A stretch of 64,000 nucleotides of DNA, from contig CM039003.1 in the NCBI GenBank assembly GCA_017499595.2, positions 868,001 through 932,000 of the forward strand, given 5' to 3'. Origin of the DNA: Psilocybe cubensis. Taxonomy: Eukaryota. Below the pieces are notes generated by a model. It ran no database searches and was not told the DNA's origin. It worked only from the letters and a program-made list of their open reading frames with translations. The translations under genes were made by a program, and so were the position numbers. The stretch's first letter is position 1. Every line of letters starts with the position of its first letter. This document shows positions 40,125-54,200 of the stretch, in pieces.

Positions 40125-41330
40125 TTAGATCGTGATGAGCATGATCATGAAAGTCATGCATAAAGAAACAGTGCTGAGGCTTGTCTGGTGAAGGGACCAT
40201 GCCGAGCCAGTCAACGGTGATGGAGAAGAGGAGTCTGCAGGAGCAGAGGAGGAAGAGGACACCGATGCAGACGAATCTGAAGATGTAGAAGATGCGGAAG
40301 ACGGTGTAGAGGATATGGAAGATGAGGAAGACAACGGGGCAGTCGGTGTTGGTGAAGAAGATGAGCTGGAGTCCGTTGCTGAAGATGACGATCCACCAGT
40401 TATCACTGAACCAGTGATTGGAATGGGTGTGGTGATCAGTGTTGACGAAGTAGCACCCGCTGTGCTAGACTCCGGTGTCGTGGAAGAGGATCCGCCAGCG
40501 ATTTGAGTGATAGCAAACGACGGACTAGTATTGCCGGAATCACCAAACACTAAAATAGCAGTGATAGTAAGAATAGATTGCTCCTTTAAGGACAAGAATA
40601 GCACACGAAAGTGAACAGTTACTCACAGACGATGAGATAGTCATTACGGGGAGTAACGTTCGGGACTGTGATTTGTACATGTCCATCCCTCAGCTTGAAT
40701 CCTTGAGCCAGTGGATTTTCTACAATTTAAAAGGGAGGGTATTCATCAGCACGAGTTCACAGGGACTGCATGATGACCGCAACTGCTCGATCGCGATCGA
40801 ACCATCAAGAAGAGAATGTTACTGAAAGATTAGAAGCTAGTTGGGCACGGGCGCATCCGTGTAGCAACAGGCAGTATCACAAAGCCGCAAGCTTAAGGTA
40901 CGGTACGCGAGCGCAGCGACAAGCAGGCCATATCCAACGTGGTGGGGTCGATCACGAAACATTTGAAATCCTCGAGCACTACCGCATGGGTTCACAAACT
41001 GGATAAGACTTACTGAAGTCAAGGTTCAGACTGTCGCTCGAGTTGAACCCAAGGATAACCTGGCCAATTGGATTCGTGATCTGCGAGTCTGGCGGGAAGT
41101 TGGACGTGTCCCTGTTCGTGAAAGTGAACAAAACACAACAGTCAGTCTCCTCCCAGAACCATCATAAAGAGTGTTGCGCACCAGGTCACTGTCTGCACTG
41201 TTCCAATGGGCCATACTGTCTGCGCGTTTGGGCTAGTAATTCTGGGGGCAATTACATCACGGCGGGATAGGGGCGAGGCGTTGACAGAGAGGGCCAAGAA
41301 GGCGAAGAGCGTGGCAAATACTGTGAACAT
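40125..41330 (-). CDS. Secreted Kre9/Knh1-like (Ser-Thr-rich GPI family) protein A, with Ser/Thr-rich stalk and GPI-type hydrophobic tail
   Basis: Signal peptide; PRITSP...VWPIGTVQTVTW|D, NPLAQGF, FGDSGNTSPSF; four exons. Confidence 0.8.
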
Positions 41331-43508
41331 GGCGTAGCTAGCTCAACGTGCAGACCAGCGGGGAACGTTGCTCGAATGGACGTGGACGTGGTGGGAGGAC
41401 AAAGCGTCAACAGAGGATCTCGTATGTTCGGGTCCATGTTTATACGAACCCCTTCCACCCATGTGACTTTCAATGATTATTGATGGCACACCCACGCCAT
41501 CTAATTGATATTTAGTTGCTCGCATACGGCCGTGTGCTTCTTTTACCCAGGAAAATGCACTTCTGACAGGTCGCAGTACCTTAGCCAGTGTATCGATTTA
41601 TGGATGTAATGGAGTCCGACGGAGGCACAAAAGTCCAGATTTCTGTAGAATAAACGTAAGTAACTGCAAAATCCGAGATACGAACGCCCATCGCCAAGCT
41701 GCCTGAAACCAAAGCCCAATTTCTTGGAGCGCGCGAAGGGATCCGCCATGGATACAATAACATCAAGCACAATCACGGCACTTGACGCCGGCACTGGAAA
41801 AATTTAACTATCAGCATGTCATGTTGCAGCAATGTTTTAGTTGCACCCTGGGCATGATTGTGGAGGTGTAATGGGCCCGTAAAAGTAGCGCGCGCCTTTC
41901 ATCGGTGTATAGGCCAGGCCGGAGGCTGGATCTATGGAGCTGGATGAAGGTGCAAGTTACGGGCCGCGTTTCATTACGAATTTATGGATATTATTATTAA
42001 AAGCGTCATAATCGTTAGTTAGAAGGACGTGAACATGTTTCTCAAAGCTTCAAGCTTCATTCTTCATAGGGAATCATTTTAAATACCTTCTCGCCGAGGC
42101 CGTGTCATAAATTTGAACTGACGGAGGAAAGGCTTACCCCTGCCAGTGGTTGATCCGCTAAGTTCGTTGAAGCTGTAGCTGGGGTCCTTGGTACCGTTTC
42201 ATCTCAAGTTCAAAGGTATACGTTTAAACTTGAGCAGGACGTTCTCGAGGGATCAGGTCTTCAAGCTTCGGGTTCCAGCTGGGTTTTACCATTTAGAACT
42301 CACCGTATCACAAAGGCTGTCCACCATGAAACTGGAAAAGCACGATCAAGCCTCTGCATGTCTGTTTTAATTTGACGTGTTATGAGAGCTTTCTCAGTCA
42401 GAAGAGCAGTCTCAAACTAGTTCTGTAATTGATCTATAGCAATTTTCATATATATCGAAAGTTTAATGAAGCCGGCCTCGCTGTGTTAAAGTTTGCAAAC
42501 TTAACTGATCGGCCTCTATCAAGTACAGCCAGATTCATCAGCTTTTAAACCTCCCAAATAGCTCTTGCTAGCCTCCAGACAAAACTTCATCCAACCCTCA
42601 GGAAATTATCGTGTTACACGCCCAAACTTTCAGGCTGCCAGCCTCCATGTGGCTGTGTAACGGCAGCATTGCCGCACGCTATTTTCAGCTCCGAAATAGC
42701 TTCGGCTCTGGTCATGAGCAGAACAAAACAACTAGAAACCATTACGAGCTTAGAAACACACCTATTCCAATGTATGAAGCTACATTGAAGGTAATAATGC
42801 ATTCTTACCTAGGTTTATTGCAGCCAATCCTTAAATACATTCATTCAAATGACCGACGTGCCGTACTTTTAAACGGAGTCCGAAAGACTTCAAAATTATG
42901 ATGTTATCTAATCTATTTTGCATCAGCCTCTAGTGAATCGTACAAGTTTGTTTTCAAGCATAATTCAATACTCAAACCCTATTCATTTCTTATGTATATT
43001 CAATGACACTAACTTGTTCGATTAGCATCATTGGTTTATACCATTATAACATAAGTAAGTTGTTTGAAAATTGTCAGACAACCAGACAAATAGTGCATCC
43101 CAAATGATGGATTAGGAAGAATGATATCAACTCGGAAAAATACAAGTCGTAGTCATTACTGGGGCAATCCTGAGGAAGAGTATTACTATCTACAGAGTAT
43201 GTAGAAAGGGGAATGGGTAGATGGAATTAGAGCGAGGGTAAACTAAAGGGGTCCGAAGAGTCCAACTATAGTCCGAAAAGTGCAAGGTGGTAGTACAAGT
43301 GGGGTCGAAAGCATGTGATGATGATACAGAACACACTAAGTCCAAGAATTAACGAAAAAAGTGAATGCATTGTCCGTGATGTTTGTCGTGAGGTTAAGGG
43401 GCAGGACGCGAGGATGGTATCGTCCGTGTCGTCCGATTCATTATTTTTGATACAAAGTTCGTAGAGGGGTAAGGGGTCCTGTAGCGCATTGTCCGAGGTG
43501 TTATTCCT

Positions 43509-44104
43509 TCAAGCCACGATTTGGAACACTTCGCCAGTGTTACCGGAGTCGCCGAAGACTGTCAAGCAGAGGCGGATCAGTCAATGCTTCAGCGGACATT
43601 GTTTGTGCACGGCCACCCACCTATAATCTGGTATTTCTTGCCGGGCTCAACCTTGGGGACTTTCACTTGGTGGGAACCGGAGAGGACATCCAGGTTATCC
43701 GCAAGAGGGTGTTCTGCAGCCCAAACACATGTTAGATATTCGATCAACACATTGCTTTACAGGGTATGGCGCACCAAAGTCAAGCAGGCCGTTGGTGACA
43801 AGAATGATCTTAGCCTTTGTGTTGGTAATCTGTGATGGTGGGTGCGACACATCCCTATACCGGATCACATTCAGTAAGTTTGTACGACGTTTGTCGAGAC
43901 AGGAGATCCGCATCCGCTCGCGATAATTCTTTACACGTACCATTTCACAGTCTGCGTGGTGCCAACTTTCCAGACCGAGTGGCTATTTGGGAGAATGACA
44001 GGTGGTACGAACACATCGCGCTGCGATAGTTCGATAGGAGCTCCAGAAACCAGGGAGAAAAACGAGAGGAGGGAGAAGAAGAAGAGCGAAATGAAGGAGT
44101 TCAT
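43509..44104 (-). CDS. Secreted Kre9/Knh1-like protein B (no GPI tail)
   Basis: Signal peptide; PPVILP...VWKVGTTQTVKW|D, EHPLA, VFGDSGNTGEVFQIVA*; four exons. Confidence 0.8.
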
Positions 44105-47100
44105 GGCAATGGAGGAGAAACTGTAGAGTATGTAGAGTGTATATGGGTGACCGTTGGGTGAAGAACATTTCATGGATCGACAGCTGGTTTTATACAAAAC
44201 CGAAACATTATTTCTGAGTCGGAAGATGGATCGGAGCGGGCTGTGTCGTCTCCACTCATCAACAGCGCGCTCAACGTCAAACACTCTCACGCCTAATTTG
44301 ACTCTGCCCTAATTCTATTTCTGTTCCTCGATTCACCTTCAGTTTCCTCGACAGTTAACCTATACGATAACCTCCTGCCATTGTTCTATACATGGTTTCC
44401 GACTCCTTCGCTATCTAGTCTTCCTCTATCCAAACTCCATCCTATGCACAGTTTGCGTGCACTCATCTCAATCTCAACTTCTCAATAGAGGAAGGGAACT
44501 GCCGCTAACCCGGCTTCTCTTGGGCACGTTGGTAAGGTTCTGTCCAAAGCAAATAGGCTAAAGGCGAGCCTTTCCAATGTTCTTGAACCCTGCATCAAGT
44601 TTCCTGCGATGTGGCTGCTCACAGCATGTGCGGCAAGAATACCCGTTCCTCGTCTGCACCACTGCCCAGTCGCCTGACTGTCGGATGGTGAGTTTTACCT
44701 GCTAGGAATGACCAGATCCAATAAGGACTTTACGCAATCTTTGCATAAAGAAGCCATCTTTACATTGATGATATGCACCTAAATACTGCCTACAGAATCA
44801 CTAAACCGCCACTTCACCAGGCCTCAAGTTCGCGATGGCACTGGCAGTTGATCGTGATAACTACTACCACTTGTACGAAGCAATGGGACAGCCTATCCTT
44901 CCTTCGCTCCAACTTCTGACAACGTCCAAACAGGGGACTCCTAATGCTAGTGAAGTTTCCCATGGCATCGCAAAGCTATGACGACTCCGCCAATATTCTG
45001 AAACAGTCTTCGTAGCAAGATGTCAGGCTGATATCTGGCAATGTCCTATGAATGGCGATTGACTGTCGTTTTTCTGGCTGCAAATTTATGGGCGCCTTTA
45101 TCTTTCTACGTGTCTAGACAGGGCGTTATAACTTGAGAGCCTGTGTTGTGCCACGAACCGCATGTCATGGAAGTCGATTTCCGGACATTAAACCCGCACA
45201 TGAGGGTCATAAGCGTATGTTTTATTGCTTGGAGCCGCCTCATGCTCAGCAACGTGTGTTTGTTTCCTGTCAAAGTTAGCTGATTTTTTCAGAATACTGA
45301 AGCGTACGCCGTATGACCTTTTCTAATGCCTGTACACTGGGAATAAACGCATTCGTTTCCTCCAAGCGAAGAAGGTGATGACTTCCTCCTGGCGCCATCA
45401 GTGCGGCCCAGGAGCACGCTTCGCGTCTCAACAAGCAGAGACGGCTCAAGTGGGGGAAGATGATAAGGAGAAGTATAACTCAAACAAAGCTCCAAATCTC
45501 CTGCGAATCTCCTTTTGCCAACCGCCTTCGGTCCCCGGATGTCATTCGAGCACCCAAAGCGCGCAAAATTCCAAAAGTTTGGTCTCTTTATGAGGGGCCG
45601 CGATGACCGACGCTGCACGCGGTGAACTGCCAGTCATTCATAGTGGAAAGGCGTTCGCTGCTCCCCGCCAGATCTTTGATGTTTTCAAAGGCATTGGGGA
45701 CAAGGAAGATCCCCGGAAGATCAGGGCATGTAAATTCTTTGTATAGTATATGTGCACTCAAAATTCGCCAAATGGAAAGAGTGCATATCCTCACTGTTCC
45801 TTGCTCCACAGGCACTCTAATCGTATCTATTGTACCCCCGTCTCTTTCATCTCAATCACTGCAATTTGAGCTCACTCATCCTTTGCATTGCATAGGTTTC
45901 TTCTCGATCGAGTGGTTCCGGCACCTATCAGGGCAACTACCACAATTCTGTAGGCTATCGCAAGCACGTAATAAACAACCTTCATGCAAAGCAGCATTTC
46001 CCTGTTTCTGCGCGGGGAGCGGAGGCCAATTTTTCCCGAAACTTCCTATCGTCCTTCCACCGCTACCTCAATACAATCGAAGAAGAAAATCCCTCTTCCC
46101 CTGTATTCTCATGACTATGTAATTGAATTGTTCACTGAAATTCCGTCCCGTTCCTCGCAGATCATCAGGATGCTCTGTGTATGCAAGGCCCTGCATCTTC
46201 TTGTCTACGGCTGTGGCACCCTGCTACGAATCGAAGAGTCCCACAGCTTTTCTTCTGGCTGGGAGTACCGGGAATAGCCAGCGGTGTATCTATTGCAGCC
46301 GCACCTAAACGCCGACACATTATCATCTACCGACGCTATGCTGGTTATCTGCCTTCATTTAGTGCTGAAGCTGCTCGTTGACTGAGCCATTTTAAGACTC
46401 AATAAGCCTATCGGGTTTAATAATGAGGCCCGTAGCTTTCCTATCTCGTGGCGTCGCACTCCTCTATTTCTCGTTTCCAACCCACGTACGTTTATTTCAA
46501 AGTTTTGGCTTCTTCTTAATGAATAAAGTCTAGCAGTGACTCACAAATTACGACAAAACCTCGTCATCGTACCCCATGGTAAACATACTTTCCCCCGTGT
46601 TCAAAGAAAATGTGTGGCGCAAAGGTATGGTAAACACTCTACGAGTGTCTACCTACTGTCATGTGGCATTAATTCTGAAGGCATCTTTGAAGTATACTCG
46701 CATATTTGAAGGATAAAGCTCTAATGAACAATTCCGGCGGAACCTAACTAGCTCTATTGACTCGGACGTCATGGGTGTACACATCTGCGGAGCAATTTTG
46801 CTTTCTGACAGAGGTTGAGTATTCTTCTCAGCTGCATATATGCTAAATGCTTCAAGTGACCTGCTCATCTGACCTGAGTGTCTATGGGAAGGCGGAAGTC
46901 TGTATGCGCAAGCTAGATAATCGAGTATAGAACACGGTTTGGAATCACGGGTAACGACGATTTCAACTGAACCTTTACTTTGGAGGAGTCCAATGTGTGC
47001 GATGTCACTCCTGCATGCTAGCTTTTATCGAACTTGTCAGAACCTTTTTGCTGAGATACTACAGAGACAGTGCCCCCATACTCTTGCGTATTCGCAATGC

Positions 47101-47185
47101 ATTCAGGTCACTCAGGACGAGTTGCGACTACTAAAATTCACGCCGCTCGTAAATCTAGAGGGCAGGTGGTTTGCGAAAAAAAAAG

Positions 47186-47709
47186 GCGCGGACTGTCCGC
47201 CAGACTGACCGGCGGACAGTCTGCCGGACTTATAGGCCTTATAGTGAGCGAGCGTGACTGGGTTAGTGACAGCCGTGCACACTGTGCTCGACAGCGATCA
47301 GTGCCCCTCCAACACACTACCGCCCTCCGCCCCCGAGCTGGCCTAGAAGATGTTCACCATTGTTTTGGCTGTATGAAGTTTTGGTATTTATATTACAGAT
47401 TTATTTCTATGGGAGTACATGTGAATGACTGCATTGGGGTAGGAAAAACGCGTAATAAACTTGTTCGCAAGTTGAAGTTGAGCCAGCCAATATCCAAAAA
47501 AGCCACAATGCACCGAAGAAATTCTCACGTGTTTGGGGCAGCAGTGGAATACGCTACGAGCAATGTGCGCACCGTGTAGCGCATCAGGGGGCGGGCTATG
47601 TCCAGGAAGACTTTCATGAGCTCGCGACGTGGCCCGGACGTCACATCATGGTCACAAACACACAAGATACACCTTGAGTCCGGCGGACAGTCCGCCAGAC
47701 TGTCCGCGC
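47186..47709. mobile_element. Putative MITE-like non-autonomous element
   Basis: Imperfect inverted termini built from GGCGGAC(A/T)GTCCGCC palindromes (47186-47230 and 47677-47709), each flanked by an A8-9 run; no coding capacity. Confidence 0.45.
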
Positions 47710-48620
47710 AAAAAAAACTCGTGGACGAACCTTTCTGTAAATCTAATTTTAGCACAGTCTATTTATAGACAACGACCGGTTATAAAAAAAGAGGCAGATA
47801 CAGACCGACATTGTAAAGTGCCACATATGACAGCGAGCGGCCCAGGACGTCTCTTGTTATGCCTCTGCTGCTAAGTTACCCAGACCAATAGGTGTCTCCC
47901 TTATCGCTTGCGTTCTTTTTCTTTTGGAAACTTGACCATTTTGACAGGCGTTTGTACATTGCGGAACCGCAAACGTCGGGCTCGGTGATGCAAGTAGAGG
48001 GATGTAGCATTTTAACTCATTTGGATACAAGGTACTTAGCTTCGGTTGTCACTGCATGGTGTAACTACACAGTATTGCTGATATATTGCCGTTCGCTTAG
48101 CCAGCCTAAGCGGAGGGTGTACTGCTGTCCACTCCCGCCTCTCAATACACCGGGAAGCCAGTCACTGCGGACAATCAAGCACATACAATTTTCATTCAGA
48201 TATGGGACGCATTTCTATCTATGTAATCAGGATCTCCATATAACTCACGCCGTGTTATCGAACTAAGCTAATATCATGAGACAGTATGTCCCTTGTATAC
48301 ACTGTCTGCAAAATTATCTACCTCATGGAAATCGACAGTAATAGGGGGTCACATGAATGACTAGTCAGCCAGCGAGCGCTAGTGGCGAAATGGAGTTACA
48401 TATTTTGACGCCCGTCGTCCTCACCAGCCAACAACTCAACTTGATTTGAAGTAATGTCTCCCCTTTGAGATTACACAATTGTTGTAGATTTTAATAAATA
48501 TAAAGCTATGAGTGAGTCCATGCCAATAATCCGCTGTGAGCTCATTCTGTATGGGAACTTTTAGGTATGCCACAAAGAGAACTATTTTATGGGGTAATCG
48601 GAATTTCAGTATTAATCGTC

Positions 48621-50750
48621 TTACTCATATACGTCACATCCATATGCTTGATTCCCTTCCCGAGTGAAGGTCATTACATGGTCTGCGGCCACCTGAGTTG
48701 AAAAAATTACCAAAAGACAAGAAGTTGGGACTCACCCCCCAATGTCCTGGTTGTAAATCCAACCTCACAATAGCAATAATAATCTGCAGTAACGTCAAAC
48801 ACGATAAAAGGTTATAGTTATGGCAGGACTCACATATCCACTTTCTTTTGAAAACCTCTATCTCCTCCTGGCTGAGACTGGCCGCTCCTCCCTTCGTTCC
48901 TGCTTTCTCTTTGCGCTCCAGGTACTCTTTCTGTAGCGCCGGAACAATGACAGTCTCGAATTTGTCCACAAACCGCTTGCGCCATTCCCTAAGTGTCCGC
49001 GCATAGTGAGGCCCTATATTGTCAATAGACTCTACTATCAGGCTGCCTTTCGAGCCAGATGTCAAAGTTGTCATGAGATACGTTAGTGTCGGCAGGAATC
49101 CTCCAGGGAAAACTGAAACGGTTTGGTGAGCCAAGTCAGACTAACGTGAGGATATACGTACTCTATTGATTCAATAATTGAGCGTCTTTAGTTCAGTAAC
49201 TGCCCAGGAGGTACCACCTCTTGGCTCACTCACCCATTTTCTGATAAAATCTATTTCTTGAATATATCTGTCAAACCCTGAGTGCGGATGTCACTGTCAA
49301 TCCAACCTCATACAGGAAGGGTAGGCACTCACTTGCTTCGGGGATGGTGATGACCTGCACCACACCCACACCCCCTTTCTTTTCTAGAGCCCAGTCCACA
49401 ATCTTCCAGTAGCCTTCTAAGAACTCCCTCCCCACAGCTTCTATCATTTCTATACTAACAAAGCGTGTGAAACGGCCCTGCCAGTGGGCAGGCATGTTTC
49501 TATAGTCCATGAGATGAACGGTGATCCGACTGTCTAGTCCCAGTGCAGATATTCGTTGCTCCGCCAAAACCTTCTGTGCACTAGAAAGCGTGATGGTATC
49601 AATCTCAACGTGTGGGTAGAGCTGCGCGATACGAATGGCCAGCGCGCCCCAACCTGTTCCAATCTCGAGAATGCGTACAGGACCCTGCTTCTTGCCAGCA
49701 GGCGGCGCGTCGGGAATGTGAAGCTTGTCGATGATATGCTGGAGCTTGCGCATCTGGGCAGCAAATAGGGGGTCGTCATTCGCCTCGATATGCGCGTTAG
49801 GGTGTTCAAATTCTGTGGGGAGCGTGAGTGGTTCGGACGCATCACATGGTTCTGATGAGGGGGGAGATGGTGGGAGAAGATGGTGCTCGCGGTCAGGTGT
49901 GAGACGTTTTAACGATTGGCCGCCACTCCATCGACTCTGAACTTCCTTTCCCTCTGCCAGATCTCCGTCTAATTCGGGGAAAATGGCGCAGGAATATGTC
50001 ATATCTTCTGATAGGAAACCTTGAGAAGATATGATTGGGCTTTAATTTCTGGTGTCATGAAGCATGGACCAAGACACGTACCCGCAAACATGTCATTGGA
50101 AATGTCATAGTGGGCAGAGATATTAGAACGAGAATTCCCAATAGTATTGAGGAAGCGATATGAAGTGATTTTCTGTGGTAAAGTGAAGAGGAAAGAGAAA
50201 CGCGAGTCCATATTTGACAGGTTTTCTCTGTTTTCTAAAAATATCTTGTGTATCCACCACGCGATCAGGAGATACATGGCTTCACCGTCTCAAAAGGAAC
50301 TGACCTGAAACAGTGTGACGAGGTTGTCGCATTCAACGTCGCCGTACATGTAGGCCTCGGAGAAGCCTAGGTCACCCATAGCACACAGCCGGACCCAGAA
50401 AGCATCATTGACGACGCGAAGCTCTGCCTTTAATTCGGGCCTTGTGTTTGTTCGACTTCGGTCCTCGCCGTTGTCAGGTGATGGCATAGGAAACGAATAG
50501 ATGTGGGAGTACGTCAGAACACGAAGTTGACCTATTGTGATCTTTTGCATCACCCTTGTTGGTTCGCATAACTTCAGATACCAGACCTTTGAAGGAGAAA
50601 TACAGAAACATACGCGACTACAGCAGCTTCCGCGAGACGGGCTATTGGTGTCCAACTGCTCTTGAACGCGGCTTCAGTCACGCGATTCCAAGCTCTATCT
50701 GCCAAAGCAGACACAGAAAAGGGGGCTTTTGCATCTGGGAGGTCTTCCAT
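48621..50750 (-). CDS. Cyclopropane-fatty-acyl-phospholipid synthase (Cfs1-like SAM methyltransferase)
   Basis: GDLGFSEAYM, NISAHYDISN, MTYSCA, ILEIGTGWG, SIEMIEAVG, FPGGFLP, NIGPHYARTLREW. Confidence 0.92.
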
Positions 50751-51257
50751 CACAACAAGGGAGTAGGGATGAGCAGACTGGAAAGGGTGTCAAGCGTTGT
50801 GAATTTTGGGTCTCTTCTTAAATAGTTTCCTGGACCGATACGGAAACCTGGTTGCTCAATTCGATCCTTTCCCTGCCAAGGTCACAGGGTTGTCCGTTTC
50901 GATCACGATCGGCTTGTGTTCGGGCACAATTAACGACGACGACATCAATTCATTGCCGATATGACCATCCAATCAGCCTAGCTTACGATTATTTGACTGT
51001 ATTGACCGTATAAGCACAGTGAACTACATAGTGATCCTCAAGCACGCTCAATGTATCAGTGTAAAAAGAACAACAGGTAGTTCTGAAGTCCCAGGCCTTT
51101 TCCGATTCAATATTGAATGGTATGTCCGTTATAGCCGTTGATAAAATTAAATGTTGTTCATGTACAAAGATATGGATAACTATTAACCACGAAGGCACTC
51201 AGCGACCGAAAAAATATAAATATAAAAATAAAATAAAGGAGTCCCTCGGTATACTCG

Positions 51258-54200
51258 TTATACATTACGACCATCACCAGAGGCAAGCACCAGATTGAGT
51301 TGTTCGTCTAATGCTTCATGCAAGTCATTAAGAACTCTCTTCGCCTCTATGATGTCGTCTACGTTGATTTGTGAAGGGCCAGCGTGCGCAACAACAGCAT
51401 ATGCCTTCTGCAACACGCCAACTTGGTCCCTAATTTTCGAAGGTTTGCGAATGGTCTCTTCGGCAGGAGTGGTATTGTTTCGCCGAAGGGAGTTGGGAGC
51501 AGGTTGCGTTGGGTTGGACAGCTCAGGCGCCGTCTGAGAACGCTCCCGAGCCTTGGAGCGCGTGTCATATCGATTTAATGAAGGTCCCAGGATATCTTCA
51601 GAATCTACCGCACTTCCACCATCGTCTTCAGATTGATAGCTGCAGTGTATATCGGCTAAAGAAGACGTTTGCACATATTTTCTTTGACTTTTCTGTATCA
51701 TGCTCACCTGAAGAGCCTTGTTGGAACTGTGCGCGTATTTCTTCTACCTCTTCCAAAGCCACATTCCTCTCCCAAAGGTCATAGTCATCAGAGCCCCGGG
51801 GGATGTCAAAGTCACCGTCGTCAGAAAGAGCACGAGATGGAGAAAAAAAGGACGGGGAAGGTAGCCGCGAGATCTCTTTGGCTTTCCCCTTGCCCTTGTT
51901 TATACGTGGTATTTCGTCCGAGAGAGCAGGACTGGCCAGTTTCCGCCTCTTTGGCGTCCGGGAGCCTGATTGATGTGTGAGCATAGTTTTAAATAACAAG
52001 CCAAAAGAAAGAAACGCACCAGAGGCATCAGACTCAGCTGAACGCTTTACAGACGCAGACTCCACGACTTTCGCCTTTTGTTGACTGCGAGAATGATCGT
52101 CGACATCACCGACGACTTTAAGCTCTGTGAACCTTGATCGAGGCACCGGGGTATTCTCGTTATCGTCGTCAGATCTTTGTGGATAGTCATCGTGGGCAGT
52201 GATCATCATCCCCGTCTTCTCGTCTGGGGGATGCCCCTGATCCATTAAATCAAGCTCTTCAACACCTCGTGGTTGAGAATCAGGGTCAACATAACTCTGC
52301 TGTAAGAAAAACGTGAGTACAACCTACAAAGCCATGTACGCTGCATGGTTAGAAGACTCACGATGCTTTCAGAGCCAGAGTCAAAGGGTATCCCATCGCC
52401 GATGCTGCCATCGGTGACGTCGGCCCAGGACTTCAGTTTTTGCCTGATGCACATTGGAATTTGATCTTTTGGTATGCTATCCCGTTTGTGGTATGTCGCT
52501 TGCCAAAAGTTGTAAAAAGCAAGCGGTCCCTGCCCACGAATCCTCACGAAAACCGACATGAAAAAATCCGTGAGCGACTCCAGAATAGCTATAGACGGCT
52601 CTACATTCGACAGAATGTGAAGTGGACGCTGGTAAAGAGCATCAACCTGAGAAGAAGAAAAAAGGGTAAGTCCCTGATACGATTGAAAACAAAATGAAAA
52701 ACGCATGCTGTACCATCTCATCATCCTCGTTACCCTTGAGTTTTCTGTGAGCATCGGCGATCCACATGGAGAGGCTATTCTTCAGAGTAGCGAGAAGTTG
52801 GACTATATTTGATTCTGCCGTATTCGAAATAACCTCGCCGATCAGACGGAGAATACCTATCGCGCTTTCGCTGCTCTCCAATGAATTATAGGAGTCGCAA
52901 AGCATTTCGTCGATCCATGATAGGATTTGTAGATTCGTTGGGGAGCATGGTTCCGACGATCTCGACAGCTGCGTTAGTAACGAATGGAGAAGCCTCGTGG
53001 ACTGTTTAAGACTAGGTCACAAAGTAAGAAGCTAATTCGACAAAAAACGAAAGGCACATACTCGTTCGTTTTATCCTCTGAGCAAAGAGATACGAATCGT
53101 TTCATAACGTCTTCTTGTGTTCCTCCTATTTCTATCGCGCGTGCTAAGATGGTTTGCCAATACAAAAGCTCAGAATCGGAGAGGTACCAAACCCTATGCA
53201 ACAAGGATACTCATTATACAACCGTCAACGACACGAAAGAAAGGAAGGGAACTTACCCTAGGGGCATGACGAGAAAGTCAACCAATGTCTCCCAATTCTG
53301 CACTTCCCGTTCCAACAGACCGTTCTGCGCAAGGACAGTCCACAGCTGATGCATTACCTCGGCTTCTTCCTGGCTTTCGCTCTCCCGAAGGTTAAAGCCA
53401 CGCAAAAATGTCGGAACACCAATAGATATCAGATCCCCACAAACTTGCCTCCAAGGGCTTTTCACACGACTGTCCATCAGGTCGAAAGACCGCTTCAAAA
53501 GAGACACTAGAATGCTTTCCCCTGCAGAGGAAAGAAAAGATTTGGCAAAAACATTCTTCATCACCGACCAAAGCTTTCTTATGAAAGACAGATAATCGAT
53601 TTGAGTCGCAATGCTGTCCAGAGCAGGGTTAAATCGGTTCACGATCGAAGTGAGAGTGGAAGAAAGGGCAGGTGGCCCAACAAGCAGGTCTTCCCCTGTC
53701 ACTATTTCACCTCGAACAAGCAGCAACGCCTGCCATGTCCCTGTTACCTCATCCTAATGTATTCAAAATTAATGAAGTTGATGTGTGACAGCGTTCCAAG
53801 AACTCACAGGCAACTGCTGACCAGAATCAAGTGCGTGTTGAGCAACGGATATCCATATTTCGACAAGCCGTTCCCAATGACAGAGAACCTCCGTTTCCGT
53901 CAGCGGGGGGATGTGTTCAATAGGTACGTGATAAGGAGTAATCTTGAGTTTCGACCCAGCCTGAAAGAGTATTGAATCGTCGATGAGCTCCCGAGGAAAA
54001 GGAAGTTCGACTCTTGGCGTAAACATGGTAGAAGGAGAACCTATGAAATCCAATATCCTGGAGAGAATGGCGGTTCCCTCCTTCCTATTTTCTTCAGAGT
54101 CGCTGCCAACAAGGTCTAGGAGCAGAACGAGCGCTCGCGAAATATCCTCGTCGGATCGTCTCGCCTCAAAGTCGACCTCACCCGCCCGGAGAAGTAGAAC

